Origin: Gammaproteobacteria bacterium
GTDB taxonomy: Bacteria; Pseudomonadota; Gammaproteobacteria; GCA-001735895
Direction of reading: 5' to 3'
DNA length: 47,390 nt
Assembly: GCA_051277905.1 (NCBI GenBank)
Contig: JBNMQI010000003.1
Location: 1-47,390, forward strand
The position numbers and the translations under genes are program-made. Under the pieces are notes generated by a model. The model was not told the DNA's origin, searched no databases, and saw nothing but the letters and a program-made list of their open reading frames with translations. This document shows positions 1 to 9,191 of this stretch, piece after piece; the stretch's first letter is position 1; each line of letters opens with the position of its first letter.

Positions 1-2
1 AA

Positions 3-440
3 AGACTCACCCACTACCGAGACAGCTGGTATCTAGATGCCTGGTGCCACCTTAGAGAAGGGTTGCGTAGCTTCTCTGTTGATGCCATTCGTCACTTAGA
101 GGCAGTGTCACAACCAGCGATAGATGTCGATGAGAACGAACTCAACAGTACATTTGAAAGTGGCTACGGTATTTTTTCAGGGATCGATACAGAGCAAGCT
201 GTTCTGCGCTTTAGTCCAAAGCTTGCGCGTTGGGTCTCTCACGAACTTTGGCATCCAGAGCAAACCAGTGAATATGACGACAAAGGGTATTTTATTCTTC
301 GAGTACCCTACAGCCAAGACACTGAATTAGTGATGGATATATTAAAATATGGGGCGCAAGTTGAGGTGATTGAGCCACTTAAGTTGCGCAATAAAATTTC
401 AGAAGCTATTGCAGGTTTGGGGAAGTTATATTCCAGCTAG
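3..440 (+). CDS. WYL-domain transcriptional regulator (PafB/PafC/YafY-like), 5'-truncated by the window edge
   Basis: The frame is open from base 3 and reads RLTHYRDSWYLDAWCHLREGLRSFSVDAI (WYL motif plus RxF). The C-terminus (LKYGAQVEVIEP..LR) looks like a WCX domain. The ORF-track start at 63 is internal. Confidence 0.9.
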   Translation, partial: RLTHYRDSWYLDAWCHLREGLRSFSVDAIRHLEAVSQPAIDVDENELNSTFESGYGIFSGIDTEQAVLRFSPKLARWVSHELWHPEQTSEYDDKGYFILRVPYSQDTELVMDILKYGAQVEVIEPLKLRNKISEAIAGLGKLYSS

Positions 441-473
441 TGTGGTTTTAAAAATATTTAATTTGTGATTGAC

Positions 474-1325
474 TTACCAAAGGTCAATTTCAATATTGTC
501 TAATAGACGGGTTTTATCAAGTGTTGCGGTGACCAATATAACGAGTTTTCTGTCATTAGGGTTTGCTGGTTTTAAGGTTTCGGCATTGCAGATCGAAAAA
601 TAGTCAGTCTCAAAACCCGCTTGGTTGAGTTGATCTGTCGATTGCTGTTCAAGCTCATTAAAGCGCCTCTCTCCTTGTAAGATTAGTGCTGCAGTAGTCT
701 TCAATGTTTGGTATATCAAGGCTGCTTTGGAGGTGTCGGCTTCCGTTAAATATTGATTACGAGAGCTTGTTGCCAGTCCGTTAGTTTCGCGGGTTGTTTC
801 TTGTCCAATGATGTCTACCTCAAGATCAAGATCTCGCACCATTTTTCGAATCACTTGGTATTGTTGGTAATCTTTTTTGCCAAAGACAGAGATATTGGGT
901 CTGACGATATTAAAGAGCTTTAACACGATAGTGGCTACGCCCGTGAAGTGGCCTGGTCGATGTGCTGCTTCGTAGGAATCGGTTAAATCGGTCACTAGTA
1001 CTTGACTGATTTGGTCAAGCCCGTTGGGGTAAAGCTCTGAAGCCGTTGGCATATAAACTAGATCGCAGCCGATGGCCTCTAGTTGTTTAATGTCGCGATC
1101 TAGTGTGCGTGGGTAATGGTTGAAATCTTCGTTGGGCCCAAACTGCATTGGATTGACGAATATACTACAAATGGTGCGATCACAGAGTGATTGACCTTTT
1201 TCAATTAAGGAAAAATGGCCCTGATGCAGATTGCCCATAGTGGGAATGAAAGCAATTGATTGGGCATTGTCTTTCCAGTGTTGTGCATATTGACGTATTT
1301 CAGCAACGGAGCTAGCTTGATACAT
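474..1325 (-). CDS. panC: Pantoate--beta-alanine ligase
   Basis: PTMGNLHQGH, SIFVNPMQF, RPGHFTGV, FGKKDYQQ, SSRN and RLLDN motifs; next to panB. Confidence 0.97.
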   Translation of the reverse strand: MYQASSVAEIRQYAQHWKDNAQSIAFIPTMGNLHQGHFSLIEKGQSLCDRTICSIFVNPMQFGPNEDFNHYPRTLDRDIKQLEAIGCDLVYMPTASELYPNGLDQISQVLVTDLTDSYEAAHRPGHFTGVATIVLKLFNIVRPNISVFGKKDYQQYQVIRKMVRDLDLEVDIIGQETTRETNGLATSSRNQYLTEADTSKAALIYQTLKTTAALILQGERRFNELEQQSTDQLNQAGFETDYFSICNAETLKPANPNDRKLVILVTATLDKTRLLDNIEIDLW

Positions 1326-1342
1326 GATGGGCTACCGAGTTC

Positions 1343-2161
1343 TTAAGCAAAACAGTGCGATTGATCGGGAAATTGACCCTGTTTCACTTCATCCACATAG
1401 CGACTAATCGCCGCCTGAATGCTAGATTCACCTTGCATAAAATTTTTCGAAAACTTGGGTTTTTTACCACTGGTGACATTAAGTATGTCGTGCAGCACCA
1501 GAATTTGGCCATCCACATCAATCCCCGCACCAATACCAATGACGGGTATCTCGAGAGTGTTAGTAATAAGGGCTGCCAAGGATGCTGGAACACATTCGAG
1601 CAATAATATGTCGGCCCCGGCCTGTTCTAAGTCGCAGGCAGTAGCGAGCATTTGGTCAGCACTATTTTTGGTTTTACCCTGTACTCGATAGCCCCCCATC
1701 TTGTGCACCTGCTGGGGTTGTAGCCCTAGATGGGCACAGCTTGCAATGCCATAGCTACTGAGCATTTCGACGGTTTTTATTTGAGTGATACCACCTTCAA
1801 GCTTCACCACTTGTGCCTGCGTGGCTTTTAATACATCACTGGCATTGTCGAGCGCCTGCTGAGGTGAGTTCAGTGAGCCAAATGGCATATCGACCATTAA
1901 CATTGCATTGTCTAGCGCTGCATTAACCGCTCTAGCATGGTATTTAATATCATCTAAAGTCACTGGAATTGTCGTGTCGTGCCCCTGAATAACCATGCCT
2001 AATGAGTCACCAACTAATACCACCTCTACCCCACATTGTTCAACCACTTTGCCAAAGCTGTAATCGTAGGCCGTGAGGCAGGCAAACTTTTCGCCCTGTT
2101 GCTTAAGTTTTTTAAGGTGGGGGACGGTAATTTTATTATTGAGTGGTCGAGGTATATACAT
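1343..2161 (-). CDS. panB: 3-methyl-2-oxobutanoate hydroxymethyltransferase
   Basis: LTAYD, LVGDSLGM, DMPF, VKLEGG, HLGLQPQ, IGIGAG and DGQILV motifs. Confidence 0.97.
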   Translation of the reverse strand: MYIPRPLNNKITVPHLKKLKQQGEKFACLTAYDYSFGKVVEQCGVEVVLVGDSLGMVIQGHDTTIPVTLDDIKYHARAVNAALDNAMLMVDMPFGSLNSPQQALDNASDVLKATQAQVVKLEGGITQIKTVEMLSSYGIASCAHLGLQPQQVHKMGGYRVQGKTKNSADQMLATACDLEQAGADILLLECVPASLAALITNTLEIPVIGIGAGIDVDGQILVLHDILNVTSGKKPKFSKNFMQGESSIQAAISRYVDEVKQGQFPDQSHCFA

Positions 2162-2176
2162 AATGGTTCATTCCAA

Positions 2177-2824
2177 TTAATACGGAAATGATGACTGATT
2201 ATAATAATGACGTCCAGACGGTACCTGATTGATTTTGTCGATCAGTGCATCGTAATCTGCATCATTATTGATCAAATCAATCGATTGAGTGTTTACGGTG
2301 AGGAGTGTTTTTTCATCATAATCATGAAAAAACTGGGTGTACGCATCTGATAATTGCGACAAGTAATCTAGTGTAATTGGTTTTTCATAGGATCGGTTGC
2401 GTATCGTTATACGAGATTGCAGTACCTCAACGGGTGCTTGTAAATAAATGACCAAATCAGGCCGTGGGGCATCAATCGTTAGACGTTGATAAATACCTTG
2501 GTAAAGCTTAAATTCGTCTGCATTAAGTGTGAGTTCAGCAAAAAGGGGGTCTTTATTGATCAGGAAGTCAGCAATGTGTGCATTTTGAAATAAATCAATT
2601 TGACGAAAGTTTTGGACTTGCTCGGCTCGTTGTAATAAAAAAGACAGTTGAGTTGATAAAGCATACCTAGCTGGATTTTGATAAAACTGCGCAATAAAGG
2701 GATTTTCATCTACTTCTTCAAGCATTAAGCCAGTGCCAAAGGTTTGGGCTAGTTTTTTCACTAAAGTCGTTTTACCGACACCAATAGGGCCTTCCACTAC
2801 AATATATCGATGGTGATTTAGCAT
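2177..2824 (-). CDS. Deoxynucleoside kinase family protein
   Basis: N-terminal P-loop EGPIGVGKTT, QLSFL, PDLVIYLQA and R.RSYE; usual position between folK and panB. Confidence 0.9.
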   Translation of the reverse strand: MLNHHRYIVVEGPIGVGKTTLVKKLAQTFGTGLMLEEVDENPFIAQFYQNPARYALSTQLSFLLQRAEQVQNFRQIDLFQNAHIADFLINKDPLFAELTLNADEFKLYQGIYQRLTIDAPRPDLVIYLQAPVEVLQSRITIRNRSYEKPITLDYLSQLSDAYTQFFHDYDEKTLLTVNTQSIDLINNDADYDALIDKINQVPSGRHYYNQSSFPY

Positions 2825-2825
2825 T

Positions 2826-3341
2826 TTAATTTGTTGTGTTGTTTGGTTTCACGTCGATCTTATTTAACTGAATTGATGGCGCTTTATCGATTAAATGTTT
2901 TAAGCTGCCTAAGCTCGGAATGAGCTGATCACCTGATATTTCAAGCATCGGTAACAATACAAATAGACGATTAGCCATTTCATGATGCGGTACGTTCAAA
3001 TGTTGATCGTGTATCAAACGCTGTCCAAATACAATAATATCTAGGTCTAGTGTTCTAGGTGCCCAGTGTAATGCTGGGTCACGCTGTCGATTAAATGCTT
3101 GTTCGATAACTTGAAGTTCACGCAGCATGGGCATTGGTTCAAGTGTCGTCTCTATCAGCGCAACGGCATTAATATAGTCATCCTGAGGTATATCACTGAC
3201 AGGTTCAGACCGATAAAGGGAGGACTGCAGAACTAACGTACAGTGTTGAATATCACCCAGTCGACTAATGGCCTCTCTTGCTATGGCAATTGAATCACCG
3301 ATGTTACTGCCGATACCGACATAAACTAACTCAGCTGTCAT
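2826..3341 (-). CDS. folK: 2-amino-4-hydroxy-6-hydroxymethyldihydropteridine diphosphokinase
   Basis: GIGSNIG, SSLYRSEP, YINAV, WAPRTLDLDII, VPH and RLFVL motifs. Confidence 0.96.
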   Translation of the reverse strand: MTAELVYVGIGSNIGDSIAIAREAISRLGDIQHCTLVLQSSLYRSEPVSDIPQDDYINAVALIETTLEPMPMLRELQVIEQAFNRQRDPALHWAPRTLDLDIIVFGQRLIHDQHLNVPHHEMANRLFVLLPMLEISGDQLIPSLGSLKHLIDKAPSIQLNKIDVKPNNTTN

Positions 3342-4668
3342 TCGATTTAGTATTGTTTGAAGAGCTATTGCCGGACTGGCTGACTGGTTTACGTCGACGG
3401 CGTGGTCGAGGTTTTGCGTATTCTGCTGTGTGCCGTTCGATGACGGGTGCCGTATTATTTTTTTGAAATTCAGTCCACCAATGGCAAAGGTGCGATGGCA
3501 TTAAACCAACCATAGTTTGCAGACACATAAAATCATAAGCTGCCCGAAAACTAGGGTGTCCATGAAGTCGTGTTGGTTGCTTGCCTTGAGTCCGATGGAA
3601 TTTTGGTTGGTTAGTCCAAATGTCTTTCGCCATTTGACTGTAACGACGCGGTATTGAAATATGCTTTATTTGTCGGCTCATAACGTCACCACCGGCTTGA
3701 AATAATGCAGGTACCATTTTCAATTGATCTGACTGGATATCTTGAGCCTGTTTATGTACCGCGGGCCAAAGCAAACTGGCAAAAATAAAAGCAGGCGAGA
3801 CATGTAGATCATTATTAATACGGGCATCGGTATTGACAAGTGCCTGGTCAATAAAATCGAGCATTAATTCAGAGGGTTCTGAAGTAAGTATTTCATCCAG
3901 CGCAGGAAATAGATATTGAAGCAAGTTAAAGGTCCGCAAAAGTTCAAGAACCCGAGTCGCTTTGCCACTGTGAAATAATTTAACGGTTTCATCAAATAGC
4001 CGAGCTGCAGGAATTCCAGTGAGCAACGGGCCACATTCAAATATTGCCTCGGCTGCCGATGTTTCAATTTCAAAATCGAGTTTTGCCGCAAAACGAACGG
4101 CACGCAGCATTCTTACGGGGTCTTCTTGGTAGCGGGTTGCAGGGTCGCCAATTAAGCGAAGTGTGCGTGATTCAATATCAGCCAGACCATTCGCATAGTC
4201 GAGTACAGAAAAGCCAATGATATCGTAGTACATTGCATTCACAGTGAAATCACGACGCAAGGCATCATCTTCAATATCACCAAAGGTATTATCCCGCAGG
4301 ATACGGCCTTCTGAGCTCAGTTCGTTTTTAGGCGAATCATCAGTGTGACTTCTAAACGTGGCAACCTCGATAACTTCTCGGCCATAGCGAATATGAACCA
4401 AACGGAAACGACGCCCGATAATGCGACTATTGCGAAATACCCCATGGATTTGTTCAGGCGTTGCATCGGTGGCTATATCAAAATCTTTAGGTTTTTTATC
4501 AAGCAACAGGTCACGCACGCCACCACCCACTAGGCAGGCTCGATATCCTTCACTTGATAGCCGATATAAAACTTTTAACGCGGCTTCAGATATGAATTCT
4601 CTTGATAGCCGGTGCTGACTGCGGGGAATAGTCGTTAAGCTGTATTGGCTTGTTTCTTGGTTAGGCAC
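3331..4668 (-). CDS. pcnB: Poly(A) polymerase I
   Basis: LVGGGVRD, KDFDIATDA, the PAP-specific signature IIGRRFRLVHI, RRDFTVNA, DPVRMLRA and an Arg-rich C-terminal tail. GTG start, with a possible in-frame ATA at 4677. Confidence 0.95.
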   Translation of the reverse strand: MPNQETSQYSLTTIPRSQHRLSREFISEAALKVLYRLSSEGYRACLVGGGVRDLLLDKKPKDFDIATDATPEQIHGVFRNSRIIGRRFRLVHIRYGREVIEVATFRSHTDDSPKNELSSEGRILRDNTFGDIEDDALRRDFTVNAMYYDIIGFSVLDYANGLADIESRTLRLIGDPATRYQEDPVRMLRAVRFAAKLDFEIETSAAEAIFECGPLLTGIPAARLFDETVKLFHSGKATRVLELLRTFNLLQYLFPALDEILTSEPSELMLDFIDQALVNTDARINNDLHVSPAFIFASLLWPAVHKQAQDIQSDQLKMVPALFQAGGDVMSRQIKHISIPRRYSQMAKDIWTNQPKFHRTQGKQPTRLHGHPSFRAAYDFMCLQTMVGLMPSHLCHWWTEFQKNNTAPVIERHTAEYAKPRPRRRRKPVSQSGNSSSNNTKSNDS

Positions 4669-4952
4669 TGTTCTTATTTAATCCTCAATAATATTTCAAT
4701 TATATCATTTCGTTGATTTAAAGTTTAAATAGTTTTGTCCAGTCCAAAGTAATCGCTTACTGTGCGGGCAATCGAAAAGATTAACAGTCAAAGAGTGCTA
4801 GTTAGTCAAATTAAACGCTACCGAGCTGACTGAATGCAAGCCTAGCAAAAACCACCAATGTTTAAAATTACTGCTTCAAATAAACCAGACGTGCTATCGA
4901 CTCAAGGTCATTGTGGTGTGATTGAGTGTCTAATTAGCCTAAATAGTACCCT

Positions 4953-6839
4953 TTACGGGTCTAGCTTTTCCCACTGGTCATAGAGTGCTTGCAGTGAAAT
5001 TTCGTGTGTCGATAGCTGTTGCTGTAACTGCTGAGTAATTGTGCTGTCCTGGTCGTAAAAACCTGGCGCCGCAAATTCTTGATGCATTTTTTCGATTTGC
5101 TTTTCAAACTTTTCTATTTTGACGGGTAGTAGCCGAAGCTCCTTTTCATCCGCTGCACTTAGCTTGGCTTTTGGTTTGGGCTTAGGCGCTTGAGCAGGTT
5201 TACTTTTCGACTTAGTTTTACTGTTGATTGCCTGAGCTGATTCGGTAGTTGTCGTGCGCTGTCTTAACCAGTCGATGTAACCGCCAACATATTCATTTAC
5301 TTCGCCTTCACCTTCAAATACTAGTGTGCTTGTCACTGTGTTATCGATGAAGTTTCGGTCGTGGCTGACGAGTAGCAAGCTGCCTTTAAATTCGACTAGC
5401 AACTCTTCGAGCAATTCCAACGTATCCATATCAAGATCATTGGTTGGCTCATCCATCACCAGAAAGTTAAACGAGCGAGTGAATAAACGCGCCAGTAGTA
5501 ACCGATTACGCTCACCACCCGATAGTGCTTTAACCGGCATGTTGATTTTCTTTTCACTAAACAAAAAGTCTTTGAGATAACTAATGACGTGCTTTGATAC
5601 TCCATTAACTTCGACATGGTCGGCTTTTTCTACCAGGTTGTCTCGAACTGACTTTTCTAGATCGAGTGTTTCACGGTGCTGGTCGAAGTAGGCTACCTCA
5701 AGTTTGGTGCCGAGCTGGATTTCGCCTTCTTGTGGCGCTAGTTTGCCCAGTAAGAGTTTAATGAGTGTCGATTTTCCACAGCCGTTGGGGCCGATGAGGC
5801 CAATTTTTTCACCCCGTAACATTTTAAAGGTAAAGTTATTGACAATAGGCTTGTCCTCAAACTGGAATTTCACTGCCTCTGCATTGATAACTATTTTGCC
5901 TGATTTCTCTGATTTCTGGGTGACGAGTTTGACTCGACCCTGAAGTTCACGGCGGTCTGAGCGATCGCGGCGTAATTGCTCTAAAGCCCGAACACGGCCT
6001 TCGTTACGGGTTCGTCTTGCCTTAATGCCCTGACGAATCCAGACTTCTTCCAGTGCCAGTTTTTTATCAAAAAGAGCATTGTGTGTCGATTCAACCTCTA
6101 GTTGAGCCTGTTTTGCTTCTAGATATCTTTCATAGCTTCCAGGCCAGCTGGTTAATTTGCCTCGATCAAGATCAATAATTCGAGTCGCCAGCGATTTCAA
6201 AAATGAACGGTCGTGAGAAATAAACAGCAAGCTGCCTTTGAATTGCTGTAAAAACTCTTCGAGCCAAATGATGGATTCAATATCAAGATGGTTGGTTGGT
6301 TCGTCTAGCAGTAGCAGGTCAGGTTCTGCGACTAAGGCCATGCCGAGTAAAACGCGTCGCTTCATACCACCCGATAGCTGGTTGAACTCGGCATCGGCTG
6401 GTAAATTCAGGCGTGACACCGTAGCTGATATTCGATTCTCTAAATTCCAGGCATTATTGGCTTCTATGATGTCCTGCAATTCTTGCATACGGGGCAATAC
6501 TGATATATCGGTCGCGACCTGGAGTACGAGGTGGTGCCATTCGGTGATGACATTGCCGAGTTCGCCAATGCCCGACGCAATACAGTCATATACGCTGCCT
6601 TCAATGCTCGCAGGAACTTCCTGTTTAAGCTCGGCGACGAGTAGTCCTCGTGATTTATTGATCTCACCTTCATCGGGTTTGATCTGCCCAGAGAGCATTT
6701 TCAATAAGGTCGATTTACCCGTGCCATTTCTACCGACCAGACAAATGCGTTCACCATCTTCAATGCTCAGATTGGCCATATCCAGCAATGGCTGGTCGCC
6801 ATAACTATGGTAAAGGTTGGTTGCATTTAACAGATTCAT
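4953..6839 (-). CDS. uup: ABC-F family ATPase Uup
   Basis: Two ABC domains (GRNGTGKST/LSGG/DEPTNHLD and GPNGCGKST/LSGGERNR/DEPTNDLD), the Uup linker WIRQGIKARRTRNEGRVR and a C-terminal coiled coil; no TM segments. Confidence 0.93.
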   Translation of the reverse strand: MNLLNATNLYHSYGDQPLLDMANLSIEDGERICLVGRNGTGKSTLLKMLSGQIKPDEGEINKSRGLLVAELKQEVPASIEGSVYDCIASGIGELGNVITEWHHLVLQVATDISVLPRMQELQDIIEANNAWNLENRISATVSRLNLPADAEFNQLSGGMKRRVLLGMALVAEPDLLLLDEPTNHLDIESIIWLEEFLQQFKGSLLFISHDRSFLKSLATRIIDLDRGKLTSWPGSYERYLEAKQAQLEVESTHNALFDKKLALEEVWIRQGIKARRTRNEGRVRALEQLRRDRSDRRELQGRVKLVTQKSEKSGKIVINAEAVKFQFEDKPIVNNFTFKMLRGEKIGLIGPNGCGKSTLIKLLLGKLAPQEGEIQLGTKLEVAYFDQHRETLDLEKSVRDNLVEKADHVEVNGVSKHVISYLKDFLFSEKKINMPVKALSGGERNRLLLARLFTRSFNFLVMDEPTNDLDMDTLELLEELLVEFKGSLLLVSHDRNFIDNTVTSTLVFEGEGEVNEYVGGYIDWLRQRTTTTESAQAINSKTKSKSKPAQAPKPKPKAKLSAADEKELRLLPVKIEKFEKQIEKMHQEFAAPGFYDQDSTITQQLQQQLSTHEISLQALYDQWEKLDP

Positions 6840-6921
6840 GAGTACGGCTTTGGTTGGAGAGAAATTGTTTTTCAGATCACTACGAGTTTAGGTAGCTGGT
6901 TACGGACAGCGATAGAGAAGA

Positions 6922-7218
6922 CTATTCGGCAACGCCGCCACTTTTGACCATAAGCGCTAATCTATCATCGTCATAGTCTTGCTCAAGCTTAGCGGCAGCA
7001 GCGTCGGCAGCAGCTTGTAAATCAGGACCACATTTTGATATGACTTGACGCCATTGTTCCAGATATGCATCAGTGCCCGCCATTTTTGCGCGCATAGCTG
7101 CCTTATCTATAGCAATAGCGAAGCGTTCAGTTAATACAATTTTAGCATTTTCACGACGTTCTTTTGCAATGACTTGTGCAGGTATATCCCGCCAGAAAAC
7201 AGTGGTTAATTTAGGCAT
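6922..7218 (-). CDS. Small conserved protein of the Virulence_fact (CvfA/B/C-annotated) domain family, function unknown
   Basis: WRDIPAQV, RFAIAIDKAAMRA and DAYLEQW motifs recognised from memory; AGGA ribosome site upstream. Confidence 0.75.
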   Translation of the reverse strand: MPKLTTVFWRDIPAQVIAKERRENAKIVLTERFAIAIDKAAMRAKMAGTDAYLEQWRQVISKCGPDLQAAADAAAAKLEQDYDDDRLALMVKSGGVAE

Positions 7219-7339
7219 AGTGTCAGTTCCTGAAAATGTTTCTTAAATTGATCAAAGTGAACAATGCGGCGAGTATAAAGAGGCTTTCCGGTTTAATCCA
7301 GCCTATATTTTTTTGCCAAAAGCAATTCACTTTCGATCA

Positions 7340-9019
7340 TCAACTGGAAGTTACTTTTCGGCAGCAGCAGGACGATTGAATATCAGCATCAGCTTCTGAA
7401 ATAGCCTGTTTCAGTCGTGCCTGATAGGGCTCTGCCTCGGCAGATAGACCTTGCCTTTTTAAACATTCGACATAGCCATGCAATGCCCAAATATTATCTG
7501 GGTGTTGAAGGCATCTAGGCAGATTGTTGCCGATGCCTAAATCATCCCGATAATGTTCAATCGCTTCGTCAACATGGCCTTGCTCTAGTAGTAATGCACC
7601 TAAAGCATGACGGGGTGGATGCATCCAGGGCCAAGGTTCAGAATACTCGAGTTCATCAGATAACTGAGATGCCTGCCTTAAAAAGTCAAATCCCAATGCA
7701 TGGTTGCCAGCATGGTATTCGACTTCCCCATTCATCATAGCTCTCGCAACCGCGAGTATATTTTGGGTTGGATTGTTGGCCATTAAATGCCAGTCAGGAA
7801 TGCTGGCGCTCAGCACTTCAAACTGTTGGCGGTGTTGATCAGCATCGGCGTGATTACCTAGTGCGGCGTGGGCAATGGCTTTGGCATAATGGAGCAGTAT
7901 GGTTGTCACCTGATAGCGACTATTCGTATCTGAATCTGTGTTAGGTTTCGCGTCAGGCATGACCTCGTCAACAATGGCTTGCCAACGACCAAATCGAATG
8001 AATACATGCACATGGGAAGAATAATATCCCTCGATGGTAGTTGCCAGATATCGCCTGTCCCCCTGAAATAAGTCTGGGTTGACAATGGCTCTGGCGCCTT
8101 GGGTTGCTTCCATAGCGGTTTTGAATTGGCCAAGAAACATAGCTGCCGACATTTTCATGTGATAATTATGCAGGCAGGATATAAGGTAAAATTCCTCTGT
8201 GCCGCGAAGTGTGAGGTATTTTAAATCAAGTTCGATCGCCCGATTATTGGATTCAACGGCTTGCTTATAATGCCCACAGAGCATGTCGATATGAGTCGAC
8301 ATGTGTGTAAGATGTCCACTGTCGATTTTTATACTGCGTAACTGATGGGCTGTTTCTAGTGCATCTTCGGGTGTTGGTGACATTTCTACCGCGTGGATGT
8401 ACAGATGCAAAATTCCAGGGTGTTGTTGTTTTGACAAGGTGAGACCTTGCTCTAAAATTTGATACATTTCCTTAGTGTATGCGCCTAAAGTATGGGTTCC
8501 TGTTCGAATATCCCAGAGTTGCCAACGATTGAGGTTCATTAATGCTTCGGCTGTCAGGGTAATGATGTCTAAATGTTGTGGAAAGTCCTTAAGAACTTCA
8601 CGCATGGTTAAAGCATAGCGGTGCTCAGCCTGTTCAAGTTTTTCGATAGTAGCGAAGGGATCGTTCGGGAATTTCTGCCCCAAAGCTTGAATTAGCTTTT
8701 GTTCGAGCGGGATATTATTAGAACTCAGTTGAAGGGCTTTTTGACAAGCTTCATGGCAGGTTTTGATTGTTGGGCCACGTTCAACTTGGCCGTAATAACT
8801 CCAAGGTTTGTTGTAAAAAGGACCTTTGGCGTAAGCAATGCCCCAATAGCCCATGGCGCAGTTAGGGTCTTCAGTAATCGTATTTTGAAAACAGCGAATG
8901 GCCTCTTCATGATTAAAGCCATAACACCAGGTCAGTCCACGATCGAACCAGCGTTGTGCCTCCACCGATACTGTTGAGATCGGGAAACTATGATTACCAA
9001 GATCGAAATACTGTGTCAT
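7340..9019 (-). CDS. Uncharacterised TPR-like helical protein with multiple His motifs
   Basis: YFDLG, AQRWFDRGL..YGFNHEEA, HPGILHLYIH, GHLTHMSTHI, EYSEPWPWMHPPRHALG, HPDNIWALHG and C-terminal SSCCCR. Start at 9019 preferred over 9076. Confidence 0.75.
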   Translation of the reverse strand: MTQYFDLGNHSFPISTVSVEAQRWFDRGLTWCYGFNHEEAIRCFQNTITEDPNCAMGYWGIAYAKGPFYNKPWSYYGQVERGPTIKTCHEACQKALQLSSNNIPLEQKLIQALGQKFPNDPFATIEKLEQAEHRYALTMREVLKDFPQHLDIITLTAEALMNLNRWQLWDIRTGTHTLGAYTKEMYQILEQGLTLSKQQHPGILHLYIHAVEMSPTPEDALETAHQLRSIKIDSGHLTHMSTHIDMLCGHYKQAVESNNRAIELDLKYLTLRGTEEFYLISCLHNYHMKMSAAMFLGQFKTAMEATQGARAIVNPDLFQGDRRYLATTIEGYYSSHVHVFIRFGRWQAIVDEVMPDAKPNTDSDTNSRYQVTTILLHYAKAIAHAALGNHADADQHRQQFEVLSASIPDWHLMANNPTQNILAVARAMMNGEVEYHAGNHALGFDFLRQASQLSDELEYSEPWPWMHPPRHALGALLLEQGHVDEAIEHYRDDLGIGNNLPRCLQHPDNIWALHGYVECLKRQGLSAEAEPYQARLKQAISEADADIQSSCCCRKVTSS

Positions 9020-9191
9020 ATAGGTTGAACGGTTAATAATGTCCAATAGAGTATATTTGATCAGCCTCATTATCATTGTGGTTTATTTTAATAAATCTGT
9101 TGCGTTGTGTTAACTTCAAACCTAATGTGCGGCATTCTCATCAGACGTCAATTCAGTCGATAGTTCGACTCATCATTCAGAGGAAGCCAAA

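Noticed and set aside
4690-4950. Possible structured RNA in the uup-pcnB spacer (TGCTAG...CTAGCA)
   Set aside because: Only 6-bp pairings, consistent with chance, and no known motif.
6238-6804. 188-aa antisense ORF within uup, and similar nested ORFs in ure, urt and TRAP genes
   Set aside because: These are shadow frames overlapping confidently assigned genes and show no recognisable motifs.
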